DNA of 64,000 bases, from the IMG/VR virus record IMGVR_UViG_3300027513_000011, positions 1 to 64,000 of that record, one strand, 5' to 3'. Positions within the stretch are counted from its first letter, which is position 1; every line of letters begins with the position of its first letter. Below the pieces are notes generated by a model that had not been told where the DNA came from, searched no databases, and saw only the letters and a program-made list of their open reading frames with translations. This DNA comes from a virus (Duplodnaviria > Heunggongvirae > Uroviricota > Caudoviricetes). This document shows positions 36,737 through 45,890 of the stretch, piece after piece. A program made the position numbers and the translations under genes.

Positions 36737-37467
36737 TGGCCCTGCGATTCGGATGGCAGGACTTGGACTCCATCATGGAGGGCCTGAAGGGAGCGGCGGT
36801 AGCGTCGGCGGTTGCTGGGGTGTCTGAGATCTACGCTGACGCCAAGGACGAGCTGCGCCAGAACGCTCCGGTGGGTGAGGTCAAGCGGACAGTGCATTTC
36901 GCCAACCCGTCGATAGCTGGCGGGACGGTGAGGCCAGGGGGAAGGACGCGCAGGACCGTCAACTTCGCCTATCCCGATGTGGATATCGTGGGGGCCGGAG
37001 ATGTAGCTCATGTCACCTTCACCGCCGAGGCCCTGATGGCGCCTCAGGGTATTTACCAGAACGACGCCGGCAAGACGAAAACAGTGCGAGCTCGCCCCCC
37101 GTTGAAAAAGCTGGGCTGGATGAACGGTAACGAGGGGGTGTGGCGCTCGTCGTCCACATCGGTAGTCGGAGGCAAGCACCGCGGCTGGATCGAGAGGTCT
37201 ATGTCTAAGCAGTTCAATGCCGGCGCCAGGATGGGCCGGGCCTTCGCCCAGCAGTTCACTGGAGGGGGCCAGATCCGACCTCAGCCGGCGCTGATTCTGA
37301 CCTCCGGGTTCAGGGACATGTCAGGTAAGGGCGACTGGTTCGGATCCCACCAGAAGCGCGCCAAGGTGAAGGATCTGGCGCTGAGGAGCAGGTGGGAGGC
37401 GGCTAGCAGGAGGGCGCTGGGCCAGTGGATCAGGGTTGCGCGACGGGCTGCTACGAGGTTCGGCTAA
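36736..37467 (+). CDS. hypothetical basic protein (243 aa), possible head-tail joining/neck protein
   Basis: ORF track; last gene before terminator. Confidence 0.4.
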   Translation: MALRFGWQDLDSIMEGLKGAAVASAVAGVSEIYADAKDELRQNAPVGEVKRTVHFANPSIAGGTVRPGGRTRRTVNFAYPDVDIVGAGDVAHVTFTAEALMAPQGIYQNDAGKTKTVRARPPLKKLGWMNGNEGVWRSSSTSVVGGKHRGWIERSMSKQFNAGARMGRAFAQQFTGGGQIRPQPALILTSGFRDMSGKGDWFGSHQKRAKVKDLALRSRWEAASRRALGQWIRVARRAATRFG

Positions 37468-37498
37468 GCTGGGTGTGCTTGCGATACCGATGCAACAC

Positions 37499-37545
37499 GA
37501 AGGCCCCCGGACCAGTTTACGGGGGCCTTCGTGGATTTTATGCCG
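37499..37545 (+). terminator. rho-independent terminator GAAGGCCCCCG-loop-CGGGGGCCTTC followed by GTGGATTTTAT
   Basis: 11-bp stem plus T-rich tail read directly. Confidence 0.5.
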
Positions 37546-37629
37546 GGGTCGGAAATCCGGTGGTGAGCAGCTACCTCACGACGTTGATCGGACCCCGGCC
37601 CTTCCAGTATACCACAGGTGGATCTGAAG

Positions 37630-38112
37630 TCAAACGTGCGTCCATGTCCTCCGAGCCACGATTTGACCCACATTGGTTCGGTCTACCCCGTAAAGCCTAC
37701 CAAGGGTTGCTTTCCTTACGCCCATCGAGGCCAATGTTCTTATCCTCATCACATCTTCTCGGGCGAGCTTGCTGCTCCAGATCCGCTCTCCCCTAGCCTT
37801 CGCTCTCACATACCCCTCATCATTGAAGGGCAGTCTGCCCTTGGCGTAGGCATCCTTCATGTTGTCGCTGCGAGTGCCTTGGAACAAGTGCGCCGGGTTA
37901 CAGCAGGGAGGATTGTCGCAGTGATGACAGATCATTAAGTCGCTATCCAACCCACCGATGGCAAGATCGTATGCGATTCTATGGGCCATCTCTGCCTTGC
38001 CGGCAATCTTGAAGCGTCCGTACCCTGTCGGGTCGGCAGCAGCCATCCAAGGCCAACATTCGTCGTCGCCTCGACTGTCTACCTTTGACCAGAACCTATG
38101 TTCGTAGTCCAT
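37630..38112 (-). CDS. HNH homing endonuclease
   Basis: HHCDNPPCCNPAHL...GTRSDNMKD HNH_3-type motif. Confidence 0.65.
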   Translation of the reverse strand: MDYEHRFWSKVDSRGDDECWPWMAAADPTGYGRFKIAGKAEMAHRIAYDLAIGGLDSDLMICHHCDNPPCCNPAHLFQGTRSDNMKDAYAKGRLPFNDEGYVRAKARGERIWSSKLAREDVMRIRTLASMGVRKATLGRLYGVDRTNVGQIVARRTWTHV

Positions 38113-38208
38113 CTATCCATTCTACCACAGGTGGAGCAGTGGGAAATCGAATCCCAGTCCCGAGCCGAGCCTTCCGGTTTACGGTCGGTCGAACGCCATC
38201 CGCTGCCC

Positions 38209-38484
38209 CTAGCGCACCCGCTCCAGTGTACCGCCGTGGTCGTCCTGTAGCCAGATGTCGCCGGAAGTGTAAATAATGTAGGTCCGGTTGGTTCCTACCC
38301 ATCCCGACCCGCGGGGAATGAACTCAACCCAACGATACGGCCCCTTATCCTCCACGTTCCACTCTTCATCCCATTCTTCAACAGTGTTCAGATCATCCCA
38401 TGTCCCATACTCTGGGAAGGTGCCAGGCTCAACCTCGCACAGCTTCGACACCTTGCGATCACTACTGACTAGCTTCACGTTCAT
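38209..38484 (-). CDS. hypothetical protein (~91 aa)
   Basis: ORF track 38209..38556; internal ATG MNVKLVSS. Confidence 0.35.
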   Translation of the reverse strand: MNVKLVSSDRKVSKLCEVEPGTFPEYGTWDDLNTVEEWDEEWNVEDKGPYRWVEFIPRGSGWVGTNRTYIIYTSGDIWLQDDHGGTLERVR

Positions 38485-38493
38485 CGCTCTTCC

Positions 38494-39018
38494 TTGCTGT
38501 TGCCTATCGTTAGGTACTATAGTGGCGGAATGCCCGCATCCACCATCCACACCCATGCCGCCACCCTAGCAGCCGCCATCTGTGAGTGCATCGGACTGCT
38601 CGACCTGGAGGACTGCGACACCTGCTTCACGCGGGAAACCCTGTGTACCGGCAACTGTCCCCCCAGCCTGGGATGGTGCGGTGGGCCGGAATCTGAATGC
38701 ACCGGCATCTTCGTCAACTTCGTGGGCACTGACATTGACCTTGAGAATCGGTGCAATGTGGGCAAGCTCGCCAAGTACGAGGTTGGGTTGGTGATGTGCC
38801 CCCCAGCTCTACGCAGTGTCACCAATCCTGAGTTCGCCGCCCACCAGGAGTTCGCTGAGTGCATCATGTTTCTGGCCGAGAGCGTGTGGGGCTGCCTGGC
38901 GAATGTCATGTGCGACTGTGCCGAGTCGCTTACTGTCGGTGGCCTCGACATCATCGAGGTCGGTGGAATCCAATGCCAAGACGATCGGTTCGTCATCTCC
39001 GTTTCTGTTAGGGTGTAA
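38494..39018 (+). CDS. hypothetical Cys-rich protein (174 aa)
   Basis: more protein-like than overlapping minus ORF 38517..39146. Confidence 0.35.
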   Translation: MLLPIVRYYSGGMPASTIHTHAATLAAAICECIGLLDLEDCDTCFTRETLCTGNCPPSLGWCGGPESECTGIFVNFVGTDIDLENRCNVGKLAKYEVGLVMCPPALRSVTNPEFAAHQEFAECIMFLAESVWGCLANVMCDCAESLTVGGLDIIEVGGIQCQDDRFVISVSVRV

Positions 39019-39163
39019 CACATGAGATACCGATTCAACCTTTCTGTCTCCCCGTGGCGCCAAGGCCAGGTGGTGACAGCGAAAGAACTTGGTGATAGGC
39101 TGGGCGGGCTATTGATCCGCAACTTCATCACCGAGATCGAGGACAAGCAACGAGCGAGGAAGA

Positions 39164-39652
39164 ATGAGACTGAACAAGGACGGGACAGCCACCCTGCTAG
39201 TCAAGGGAGCCGAAGTGTCGCTCCCCGTGCCGACGTGGGGGCAGGTAAAGGGAAGGAAGGAAGCGTTCGAGAAGATGATCGAGTCACTGGCTCTGATCTT
39301 CACGACCGTCTTGGACACGATGACGGAGGACGAGAAGAGGATCTACGACAGGATCCTCCAGGAGAAGTCAAGGCGCACCGCCGCGTCCACGAAGGAGGGT
39401 CTGACGGCTGACGAGGAGTACAACCTGCTCCCCGAAGATGGACAGGAGAGGGTTCTCTCACTGTTCAAGGCCGTTCAGAACCAGATCAACACCGGAAAGG
39501 AACTCGCTGCCCACTGGTGGGTTGACACCGTGAAACTCCTCACTGAAGTAGAGGTCGCATCCGACGACCTGCCCAGCTCCCTCGCCTCAACAGACTCGGT
39601 TTCCACTTACCTCAACCACGTTCAGACCGTCCCTTTCCAATCTGGCCCCTAA
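39164..39652 (+). CDS. hypothetical protein (162 aa)
   Basis: ORF track. Confidence 0.35.
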   Translation: MRLNKDGTATLLVKGAEVSLPVPTWGQVKGRKEAFEKMIESLALIFTTVLDTMTEDEKRIYDRILQEKSRRTAASTKEGLTADEEYNLLPEDGQERVLSLFKAVQNQINTGKELAAHWWVDTVKLLTEVEVASDDLPSSLASTDSVSTYLNHVQTVPFQSGP

Positions 39653-39717
39653 GCGATGAGGGCGACAGCGACCCGCTAGCCCTCGACCTTTCACCACTGG
39701 GACGAGGGGCCGAGGAG

Positions 39718-40014
39718 TTGGCGTTGGAGAGGATCTTTGCCCATCGCTTCAACTGGTCGAGGGATCAGGTGAACGACATGCCTTTGCACTACATCGGTGC
39801 CTTCATGCACGACTTCGAGGCTGACGGAGCTCGGGCCGAGGCACAACGCGAGGGCTACACCCCCGACCCCAACCAGAGGGTCATCTACGACCCGCGGGTG
39901 CCTCTGCGCTGGCGGTCGAGGAACCCGGTGGCGGTGGACGCCAAGATCAGGCAGTGGAACAAGGCGCATCCCGATGAGCCGCCGATTCCGCCCCCCGACA
40001 TCAGGCCAGTCTGA
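39718..40014 (+). CDS. hypothetical protein (98 aa)
   Basis: ORF track; followed by long-loop hairpin ~40050..40090. Confidence 0.35.
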   Translation: MALERIFAHRFNWSRDQVNDMPLHYIGAFMHDFEADGARAEAQREGYTPDPNQRVIYDPRVPLRWRSRNPVAVDAKIRQWNKAHPDEPPIPPPDIRPV

Positions 40015-40141
40015 TGTGGTATACTGGTACCGTCAACGCAGGGGCCTAGGCTCCGAGCAGCGACAGGGGAAGTGGCCCCCCTCACCTTTACGAGCGTTAC
40101 CTCCTTCCGCCCGTACTGGTGAGGGGGGCTTCTGCGTCCGG

Positions 40142-40501
40142 CTACACCTTATCGATAGTCTTGCCGTTGTCGCCCATGATGTACATTTCGCGATCGTTGG
40201 AAGCCACCACCGCGCGCATGTGGCCTGTTTCCTCGTCCCGCCACATGGCGTACTTGAAAACCCACCAAGGCTCCGAGGGGCAAGGCTCCGCGAGGCTACC
40301 GTTAGGGACGCAATCGTAGAATCCGTCAGGGTCGCCGGCCTCGTCAAAGAGGCAGGTGAGATATCCCACACCGCCAACAGGGGTGTCCTGCACGACCTCG
40401 TTTAGCGGGCGATCCGTAACGAAGCGACCATACTTGAGGTCTGCCGACTTGGGAGGGATGAACAGGTCGATAGGGCCATCGGCCATAACCTTCACATACA
40501 T
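40142..40501 (-). CDS. hypothetical protein (119 aa)
   Basis: ORF track. Confidence 0.4.
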   Translation of the reverse strand: MYVKVMADGPIDLFIPPKSADLKYGRFVTDRPLNEVVQDTPVGGVGYLTCLFDEAGDPDGFYDCVPNGSLAEPCPSEPWWVFKYAMWRDEETGHMRAVVASNDREMYIMGDNGKTIDKV

Positions 40502-40689
40502 AGCATTCTTCTTTCGTCTTGTCCCGCGGTGTGCGGGCCTACTGACTGCAAGGGTAGCAGCAAACTACCCGAAACTGGTCCCATGTCACCGGCTAGGCCC
40601 TCACCAAGCAGCGGACAGGGGAAGCAACGGCTACGCTTGCGCTACGCCTAAGACCGTTCCGCTCGCCAGAGGCTCGCTTCACTCTACGG

Positions 40690-40718
40690 TTGACGGGGCG
40701 CTGACAATGTGATAGGAT
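40690..40718 (+). promoter_or_regulatory. promoter TTGACG-N17-TAGGAT
   Basis: hexamers read directly; first of three similar plus-strand promoters within 900 bp. Confidence 0.4.
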
Positions 40719-40724
40719 GGATCT

Positions 40725-40884
40725 GTCCTGCCCCGATGGGGGTGAGGGTGGTGTACACCCCTGAAGCTGGGACACCAGCGAAGGCTTGCGATGGCCGGAG
40801 GACGGAAAGAATCGTCGGTGCCACAACCGGGACACTGTGGACACGAGCCCTCCTAGAAATAGGGGGGTTCGTCGCGTCAGGGTC
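40725..40884 (+). ncRNA. candidate short transcript (could instead encode a 50-aa ORF 40736..40888)
   Basis: downstream of promoter; GGGGTG..CACCCC and CCCTCCTA..TAGGGGGG hairpins; no ORF of 60 aa or more. Confidence 0.25.
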
Positions 40885-40913
40885 TTGACGGAGCTGTTGG
40901 CCTGTAGTACAAT
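40885..40913 (+). promoter_or_regulatory. promoter TTGACG-N17-TACAAT (strongest match to consensus)
   Basis: hexamers read directly. Confidence 0.45.
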
Positions 40914-40919
40914 GGTTGT

Positions 40920-41105
40920 AGCGGGAGACTGCTGCTTGGTGTAAGGGCATACTCCCTAAAGGCGCAGGCGAACGGCAAGCTTTCTGAGCGGGGAAACCCG
41001 TGGAGGACCGTAGCTTGGCGGTAGTTTAAGAACGAGGCGTCGCTACACGCCTACTCCCGCTAGCCGGCGATGTGGCCCCCTCTGTGACGATGGAGGGGGC
41101 CACTC
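40920..41105 (+). ncRNA. candidate ~185-nt noncoding RNA
   Basis: strong promoter, no ORF, multiple local stems (GGGAG..CTCCC, CGGGGAAACCCG, GGCGTCGCTACACGCC), terminal 11-bp hairpin. Confidence 0.35.
41072..41103. terminator. hairpin GTGGCCCCCTC-tgtgacgat-GGAGGGGGCCAC
   Basis: perfect 11 to 12-bp stem; no U-tract (common in actinobacteria); lies between candidate ncRNA end and minus-strand HNH gene end. Confidence 0.4.
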
Positions 41106-41139
41106 AGCGCACTTCTATAGCGCAAACGATATAGTTGTG

Positions 41140-41487
41140 CTAACGCCGTTCGAGCAGTTTGCCGGCCACCCCAAACTCTGCCTGCCAGCCCACCCACTCG
41201 ACCAGGCCCCAGCCCTCTTCGACGCGCCGGTTCAGGATCCTGGTGAGCGCCTGATGAGCCTCCAAACACACGGGGCGCAGGTTGGCGTGGGCATTGCCGC
41301 CACCGAGGGACCGCGGGATGATGTGGTCGATGTTGGCCGAACCGTATGAGCCCTGGTGTGGCAGGTGCTTCAACTCAGGGATGCCGCCACACCAGCCGCG
41401 GGTGGCTAGCTCTCGGAGCAGAACGTGGGTCGGCTGAGTCTCCCCCTGCATTCTCTTAGGTAGCCGGTAGTGGAGCTCGTCAACCAC
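41140..41487 (-). CDS. HNH endonuclease
   Basis: HIIPRSLGGGNAHANLRPVCLEAH HNH motif. Confidence 0.55.
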   Translation of the reverse strand: MVDELHYRLPKRMQGETQPTHVLLRELATRGWCGGIPELKHLPHQGSYGSANIDHIIPRSLGGGNAHANLRPVCLEAHQALTRILNRRVEEGWGLVEWVGWQAEFGVAGKLLERR

Positions 41488-41573
41488 GCGGCCAATCCTA
41501 CCCTTTGTGTGCGAGCGCAGCGAGCCTAGCCGAAGGCTTCTTCCCCTGTCGCTGGTTGGTGATGGGCCTGGCG

Positions 41574-41602
41574 TTGACGACGGGGTGCGCTACTGATATC
41601 AT
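41574..41602 (+). promoter_or_regulatory. promoter TTGACG-N17-TATCAT with ATG at predicted TSS (leaderless)
   Basis: hexamers read directly; ATG 41609 ~7 nt after -10. Confidence 0.35.
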
Positions 41603-41608
41603 GCAGGC

Positions 41609-41905
41609 ATGGAACGTGGAAACGAGATACGTAAGGTCGTCACAGTTGGCCTAGCAGGAAAGACCGCTCTTCTTGCCTTCCAGTGGGAACGACCGCAGAA
41701 TCGCTGGACGTGGCGTATGTGGACGTACAGCACTGGGCCTTGCAGCGTGATACCGGAGCGAGATTACCTGACGCGGATCGGGCCGTGGCTGAACGGTCGA
41801 GCGGTGTCCAAACTCCACGGGGAGAACCTGCTGGTAGAATTACCTACAGAGCTTCTGCACCCGAGCCTGGCCTACAGGAAGAAATCTGACCTTGCTGCTG
41901 CCTAG
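41609..41905 (+). CDS. hypothetical Trp-rich protein (98 aa)
   Basis: ORF track; dedicated leaderless promoter. Confidence 0.35.
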   Translation: MERGNEIRKVVTVGLAGKTALLAFQWERPQNRWTWRMWTYSTGPCSVIPERDYLTRIGPWLNGRAVSKLHGENLLVELPTELLHPSLAYRKKSDLAAA

Positions 41906-42204
41906 CAGCCCAGCGCGTCATCATCCTCAGTAGCGAAGTAGCCTCTGGCCCTCTGCGCCTCTCGCGCCCCTACAATCATGTCGCGGATGCGCTGACTCAC
42001 CATCCACCTGTCGGCCATAGCGGCGTAGGGGCCGTCGCCAGCCCGCAGGTCGGTCACCAGCACCCCGCCCTGGCTCATCCAGCCGGAAGGTACCTCGATG
42101 CGCGGTGGATCGAGGTTGACGGCTGGCCTACTGACCAGCACGCCATCCGCCCATGTTCTTCGTCGGCCGCTCGTGGTAGGGGCATTTGGACGCCGGCCCC
42201 TCAA
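41902..42204 (-). CDS. hypothetical protein (start uncertain)
   Basis: ORF track; competing overlapping frame 42128..42397. Confidence 0.3.
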   Translation of the reverse strand: MRGRRPNAPTTSGRRRTWADGVLVSRPAVNLDPPRIEVPSGWMSQGGVLVTDLRAGDGPYAAMADRWMVSQRIRDMIVGAREAQRARGYFATEDDDALGC

Positions 42205-42242
42205 CCCACCGCTTGCCGCGTGGGTGGCGGTAGCACATGTGC

Positions 42243-42458
42243 CTAATCATCTCGAACCGTGCTTCGGATGACGCCAGCACGGCGATAGTGTGCCTGGGCC
42301 TGGAGCACCAACCCGTTCGACATGGCGGCGTTCCCGAGTCGTTCCTCGTTGCGGGCACGCTCTTCGCGGGGGTCAGCCTCGGTCCAGTATTTGTCATCAG
42401 AGATGTCTGGCAGATCGCCAGCTCCTCCGTAATGATGGGTGCGAACTCTCTCAGTCAT
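42243..42458 (-). CDS. hypothetical protein (71 aa)
   Basis: ORF track. Confidence 0.35.
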   Translation of the reverse strand: MTERVRTHHYGGAGDLPDISDDKYWTEADPREERARNEERLGNAAMSNGLVLQAQAHYRRAGVIRSTVRDD

Positions 42459-42729
42459 CGTGCCTTCCCCCTAGTTGGACCCGTATTCTCGGGTGTTCGT
42501 CATCGGATGGGTAGATAGTCAATGAAGATGTCTCCCCAACGGCCAGCACGTCCTCACCGTTGCTGACCCTGTACCTGTGTCCAGTCACATGATCGTCGGG
42601 GCGCCACGTCATAGCCCCATATTTTACCGGCTGGCCCTCATGGATGATCGTCCATGTCTCAAGATTGAGATGTTCGCCATATCCGAATACGTCGATGTCC
42701 TTGTAAAGAGACCTGGCATAGGTGGTCAT
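42451..42729 (-). CDS. hypothetical protein (92 aa)
   Basis: ORF track; coupled to ERCC4 gene. Confidence 0.4.
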   Translation of the reverse strand: MTTYARSLYKDIDVFGYGEHLNLETWTIIHEGQPVKYGAMTWRPDDHVTGHRYRVSNGEDVLAVGETSSLTIYPSDDEHPRIRVQLGGRHDD

Positions 42730-43439
42730 GTTCCTTCGGTTCCTCCGAATGCTCTCAGGATCGCGTCAGCTATCTTAGGCCCAACCCCCGGTATGGCCAG
42801 CAGTTCGGCCCGAGTGCCCTCCCACTTTATCGGTAGCGTGCCCCCTAAGGCCCCCAGGATCGCCGTAGAGCGTTTCTGGTTTACTCCGGGTACACTTTGT
42901 AGCAGAAAGGCAGAGAAGGCGGGAGAACCCACGTCACCGTACCTGCGGTCAACCCTGGCGGTGAGGCCAGAGGGTTCGCCACGCTGGGTGTACTCGTGCA
43001 GTGTCCTCACCACCCGTGCCGTGTCGTTCTGGCTCTGGGACCACTTCACGGCTATCCCGTGGTTCAGCCACAGCGAGAACTCCAGGTTGGTCAACGCCTG
43101 GAGGTTCATGGATCCGTAGTCGTACATCAGCTCGCCAGTCTCGGTGAAGTATGCCTGACCCTCCAGCACCAGATACCGGATGGCGAGCTCCTGCATCTGG
43201 TCGATCTCTTTACCCAACCTCCCGTCGCGGAGGGAGGCTAGGAGGTCAGCTGGGAAAGCCTTGCGCTGGACCCCGACGAGGCCCATGGGTGACCCCCACA
43301 TGAAGTCAGCACCGTACTCTTCGGGGAGGTTGGTGGATTCGCCCAAGGCGCGGAGGGCGGGGTCACGCTCGGCGCCGGAAACGAAGATGGTCACCGGGTT
43401 TCTCGCCAGATCACAACCAGAGTGCCGAACAGGAAGCAC
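42726..43439 (-). CDS. ERCC4-type (XPF/Mus81/Hef-like) nuclease with C-terminal helix-hairpin-helix
   Basis: nuclease-like N-terminal region and IPGVGPKIADAIL HhH motif. Confidence 0.5.
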   Translation of the reverse strand: MLPVRHSGCDLARNPVTIFVSGAERDPALRALGESTNLPEEYGADFMWGSPMGLVGVQRKAFPADLLASLRDGRLGKEIDQMQELAIRYLVLEGQAYFTETGELMYDYGSMNLQALTNLEFSLWLNHGIAVKWSQSQNDTARVVRTLHEYTQRGEPSGLTARVDRRYGDVGSPAFSAFLLQSVPGVNQKRSTAILGALGGTLPIKWEGTRAELLAIPGVGPKIADAILRAFGGTEGT

Positions 43440-43479
43440 AGCGACCCGGCTGCGTAGAACCAGTAGGGAAGCAACCTCA

Positions 43480-44337
43480 TTAGTCAGCCACCACCGACCA
43501 GTTGCCTCGATCCGCCGCCAGTAGGTAGCTCATACCGAACCCTCCCCCATCCTTGCTCTCACCCACCAACAACTGCGAGGTTGACCGTTCCCCCCGGTCC
43601 TTGATGTAGCTAACCACATGACCCACCCCTGTCCTACGGATCAGCATGATGGTGTGAACCTTGTGATCCAGCGACTTGTGACCATCGGGCCTCAGTCCAA
43701 TCTGCCCGTAGTCCAGCCATGCCGAGTTGTCCGGCTTCGGCTTGCCCTTCGGGTTCTCGTAGTGCTCGAAGATCTGCTTCGGCTCAGCGGTGGCGAACAG
43801 GTGGGCGCCCATCTCGACCGACAGTTTGAGCACAATGTCATGCTCCCACAGCCCGAGGAAGGCGTTGCGAATCATGATCCAGTCGTCGGGCTCGATCAAT
43901 GGACCTTTGCGATCCTTGTAGGCATCAGAGAAAGCCCTCTCGAACTCAAGCTCGTCCCTGGTCATGCCGTACTTCTTGTCGAAGAACATGCGTTGGGCCT
44001 GCTCGTAGCCCGTGGATGCGGTGTCGCACACAACCCAGTCTCCGGGCTTGATGACCTCGCGCAGCCCCCGAGCCCACATCTTATAGAGGCGGAAGTCGGT
44101 GGTCTGGGTGACATGCACGTTCTCAAGGTGACCGTAGGCCGACATGGACCGCTTTACGGCCTGGTCAGTATCCGCGACATAGAACTGCTCGCCGGACCCG
44201 AGCTTCTGAACGAGGTCAGCGATGTCGAGCCAGCACTGGGTCTTGCCGCCACCTGCGGGACCGAAGATGAGGAACCGTTCAGGGTCGTAGCCGACATTGA
44301 CGCCGGCCAAGATGAGGTCGGGTGGTTTCAATGCCAT
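43480..44337 (-). CDS. RecA-fold P-loop ATPase (Sak4-like recombination ATPase)
   Basis: Walker A FGPAGGGKT near N-terminus, ~285 aa, Walker B-like VVCDTAS. Confidence 0.55.
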   Translation of the reverse strand: MALKPPDLILAGVNVGYDPERFLIFGPAGGGKTQCWLDIADLVQKLGSGEQFYVADTDQAVKRSMSAYGHLENVHVTQTTDFRLYKMWARGLREVIKPGDWVVCDTASTGYEQAQRMFFDKKYGMTRDELEFERAFSDAYKDRKGPLIEPDDWIMIRNAFLGLWEHDIVLKLSVEMGAHLFATAEPKQIFEHYENPKGKPKPDNSAWLDYGQIGLRPDGHKSLDHKVHTIMLIRRTGVGHVVSYIKDRGERSTSQLLVGESKDGGGFGMSYLLAADRGNWSVVAD

Positions 44338-44339
44338 AT

Positions 44340-44546
44340 CTATCGGCCCTTGTCTAGTTCGTAGGCGCCTTTGTCGGTCATCACTACAAGAACATCGCCG
44401 TTCCTACTCCCCTGAACGTAAAGCCAGTCGGCTAGGTCGAATGTGATAGGAGAGAATCGCACCCGCGCTTGGTGAATAGCAGCGTTGGCGTAGTCCGTGT
44501 GGTAGAAGTGGGTGAATGCCCAGTAGACGGGATTGTTGTCTGCCAT
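44340..44546 (-). CDS. hypothetical protein (68 aa)
   Basis: ORF track. Confidence 0.35.
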   Translation of the reverse strand: MADNNPVYWAFTHFYHTDYANAAIHQARVRFSPITFDLADWLYVQGSRNGDVLVVMTDKGAYELDKGR

Positions 44547-44692
44547 CAGCGTCCCCCTAGTGCTTTCTCGATCAGGTACTTCACAATGGCCGTGAACTTC
44601 CTGGTCCCCAGATTCCTCTCGCCCCAGTCAGCCAGAGCCGAGTGTGTGTTGTCCGAGATCCTGATGGATCGGACGCGAGTACCTTTACTCAT
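44546..44692 (-). CDS. ribbon-helix-helix (CopG/Arc-like) DNA-binding protein (48 aa)
   Basis: internal ATG with ATGA overlap; RVRSIRISDNTHSALADWGE beta-strand then two helices. Confidence 0.4.
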   Translation of the reverse strand: MSKGTRVRSIRISDNTHSALADWGERNLGTRKFTAIVKYLIEKALGGR

Positions 44693-44883
44693 ACGAGCAC
44701 CTTGTTCTTCCTTGCCCAACGATCCCATTGCTTCAGGGTTCGTTCCTCCCCATCCATATCCCACTCTGGGTGAATCTGGGCTGTACCTGCTACAACTTCA
44801 GCGGCTCGGTACACCCCTAGGCCCCTATCCCATAGTGAGAAGATCAGGTAACGACGGAGCGTAAGCCTAGATGCCTTACTCAT
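44689..44883 (-). CDS. hypothetical protein (64 aa)
   Basis: ATGA overlaps on both sides. Confidence 0.35.
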   Translation of the reverse strand: MSKASRLTLRRYLIFSLWDRGLGVYRAAEVVAGTAQIHPEWDMDGEERTLKQWDRWARKNKVLV

Positions 44884-45890
44884 GCGTATCCTTTCGGCCC
44901 CTTCACGTTCAGCCTCCGGCCCTTGGTCTTGAAGTCCTCAAATCCGACACCGTGATCCTTGAGGAACGCGGCCAGCTTCTCTCGATCCTCTTTGTCATAG
45001 GGTGTAATACTAGCAGTGAATCCCGTCAAGGTCTGCACTTTCCCGGCACCCACCCTGGCCTTGATCTTCTCAGACAGCTCAGCCTTCTGCTTCTTGATGC
45101 GGCCCTCATCATCGAGGAGGCTCCGGTACACCATGAGCCAGCCGTCGAGCTCGTCGTCGTCAACCTCCTCGACACCATCCAGCCCTGGCAGGATGGCGAG
45201 ACAGGAGAGGACATCGCGGTGGCTGCACTGCCACTTGTTCGCATCCGGGTCACAGTACGAATTGTCGTAGAGCACGGTGCGGTCGGCGGCGTACCCACCC
45301 ACGATGCGTGCCACTTGCCCCAACCGATCATGAATAGCCGTTCTGCCATACGGGGCCTCCTTGAGAATGGTGATCGACAGCTCCCCGGTGTTCCGGTTCT
45401 TCACCGTGTACAGGACCGGCAGGCCGTGGCATGACATGTAGTGGGAGATCTGCCAGGCGTGGCCGGGATGCTTCGAGAAGGTGGGTACCCCATTGACCAC
45501 CGACTGCATCCACAGCTTGAACTGCGCTTCGGACTTCGACTTGCACTCCCACCCGAACATCGCATCATTTCCCAAGGCCCAGATGCCCTCGTAGTGGCCC
45601 GTAATACGAAACCTCATGTCGCCCACCTTGTAGTCCTGCTCGCAGGTGCCCTGTGGATTGACGAGATGGAAGCCCGGATACTCCTGTTCGATCTTACGGG
45701 CCACGGCCGGCTCGTGTAGGTGACCTTCCTCGGCCGAGATCATCAGAGCTTCGGAAGCTGGTGGAGCCTTGTGGCCGAGAATGAGGGCGGCAATGGAGCG
45801 CGGGCAGTCGCCTAGGGTCGAGGCGCGTAGGTAGATGATGCCGCTCTGAATCTGGACGGGAGGACGGTCGTTGGACTGGTCGAGGGTCAT
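44880..45890 (-). CDS. PD-(D/E)XK exonuclease (YqaJ/lambda-Exo-like) with C-terminal extension
   Basis: DMRFRITGHYEG ... FGWECKSKS (D...ExK) core; internal ATG with ATGA overlap. Confidence 0.5.
   Translation of the reverse strand: MTLDQSNDRPPVQIQSGIIYLRASTLGDCPRSIAALILGHKAPPASEALMISAEEGHLHEPAVARKIEQEYPGFHLVNPQGTCEQDYKVGDMRFRITGHYEGIWALGNDAMFGWECKSKSEAQFKLWMQSVVNGVPTFSKHPGHAWQISHYMSCHGLPVLYTVKNRNTGELSITILKEAPYGRTAIHDRLGQVARIVGGYAADRTVLYDNSYCDPDANKWQCSHRDVLSCLAILPGLDGVEEVDDDELDGWLMVYRSLLDDEGRIKKQKAELSEKIKARVGAGKVQTLTGFTASITPYDKEDREKLAAFLKDHGVGFEDFKTKGRRLNVKGPKGYA

Noticed and set aside
38517-39146. 209-aa minus-strand ORF
   Set aside because: Ser/Pro/Arg-rich low-complexity translation. The overlapping plus-strand ORFs are more protein-like.
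40900-41060. Possible tRNA (GTAGTACAATGGTTGTAGCGGG resembles a D-arm) or tmRNA-like sequence
   Set aside because: No 7-bp acceptor stem, no GTTCRANYC T-loop and no CCA-adjacent pairing could be built. TACAAT is better explained as a -10 box with a perfectly spaced TTGACG -35.
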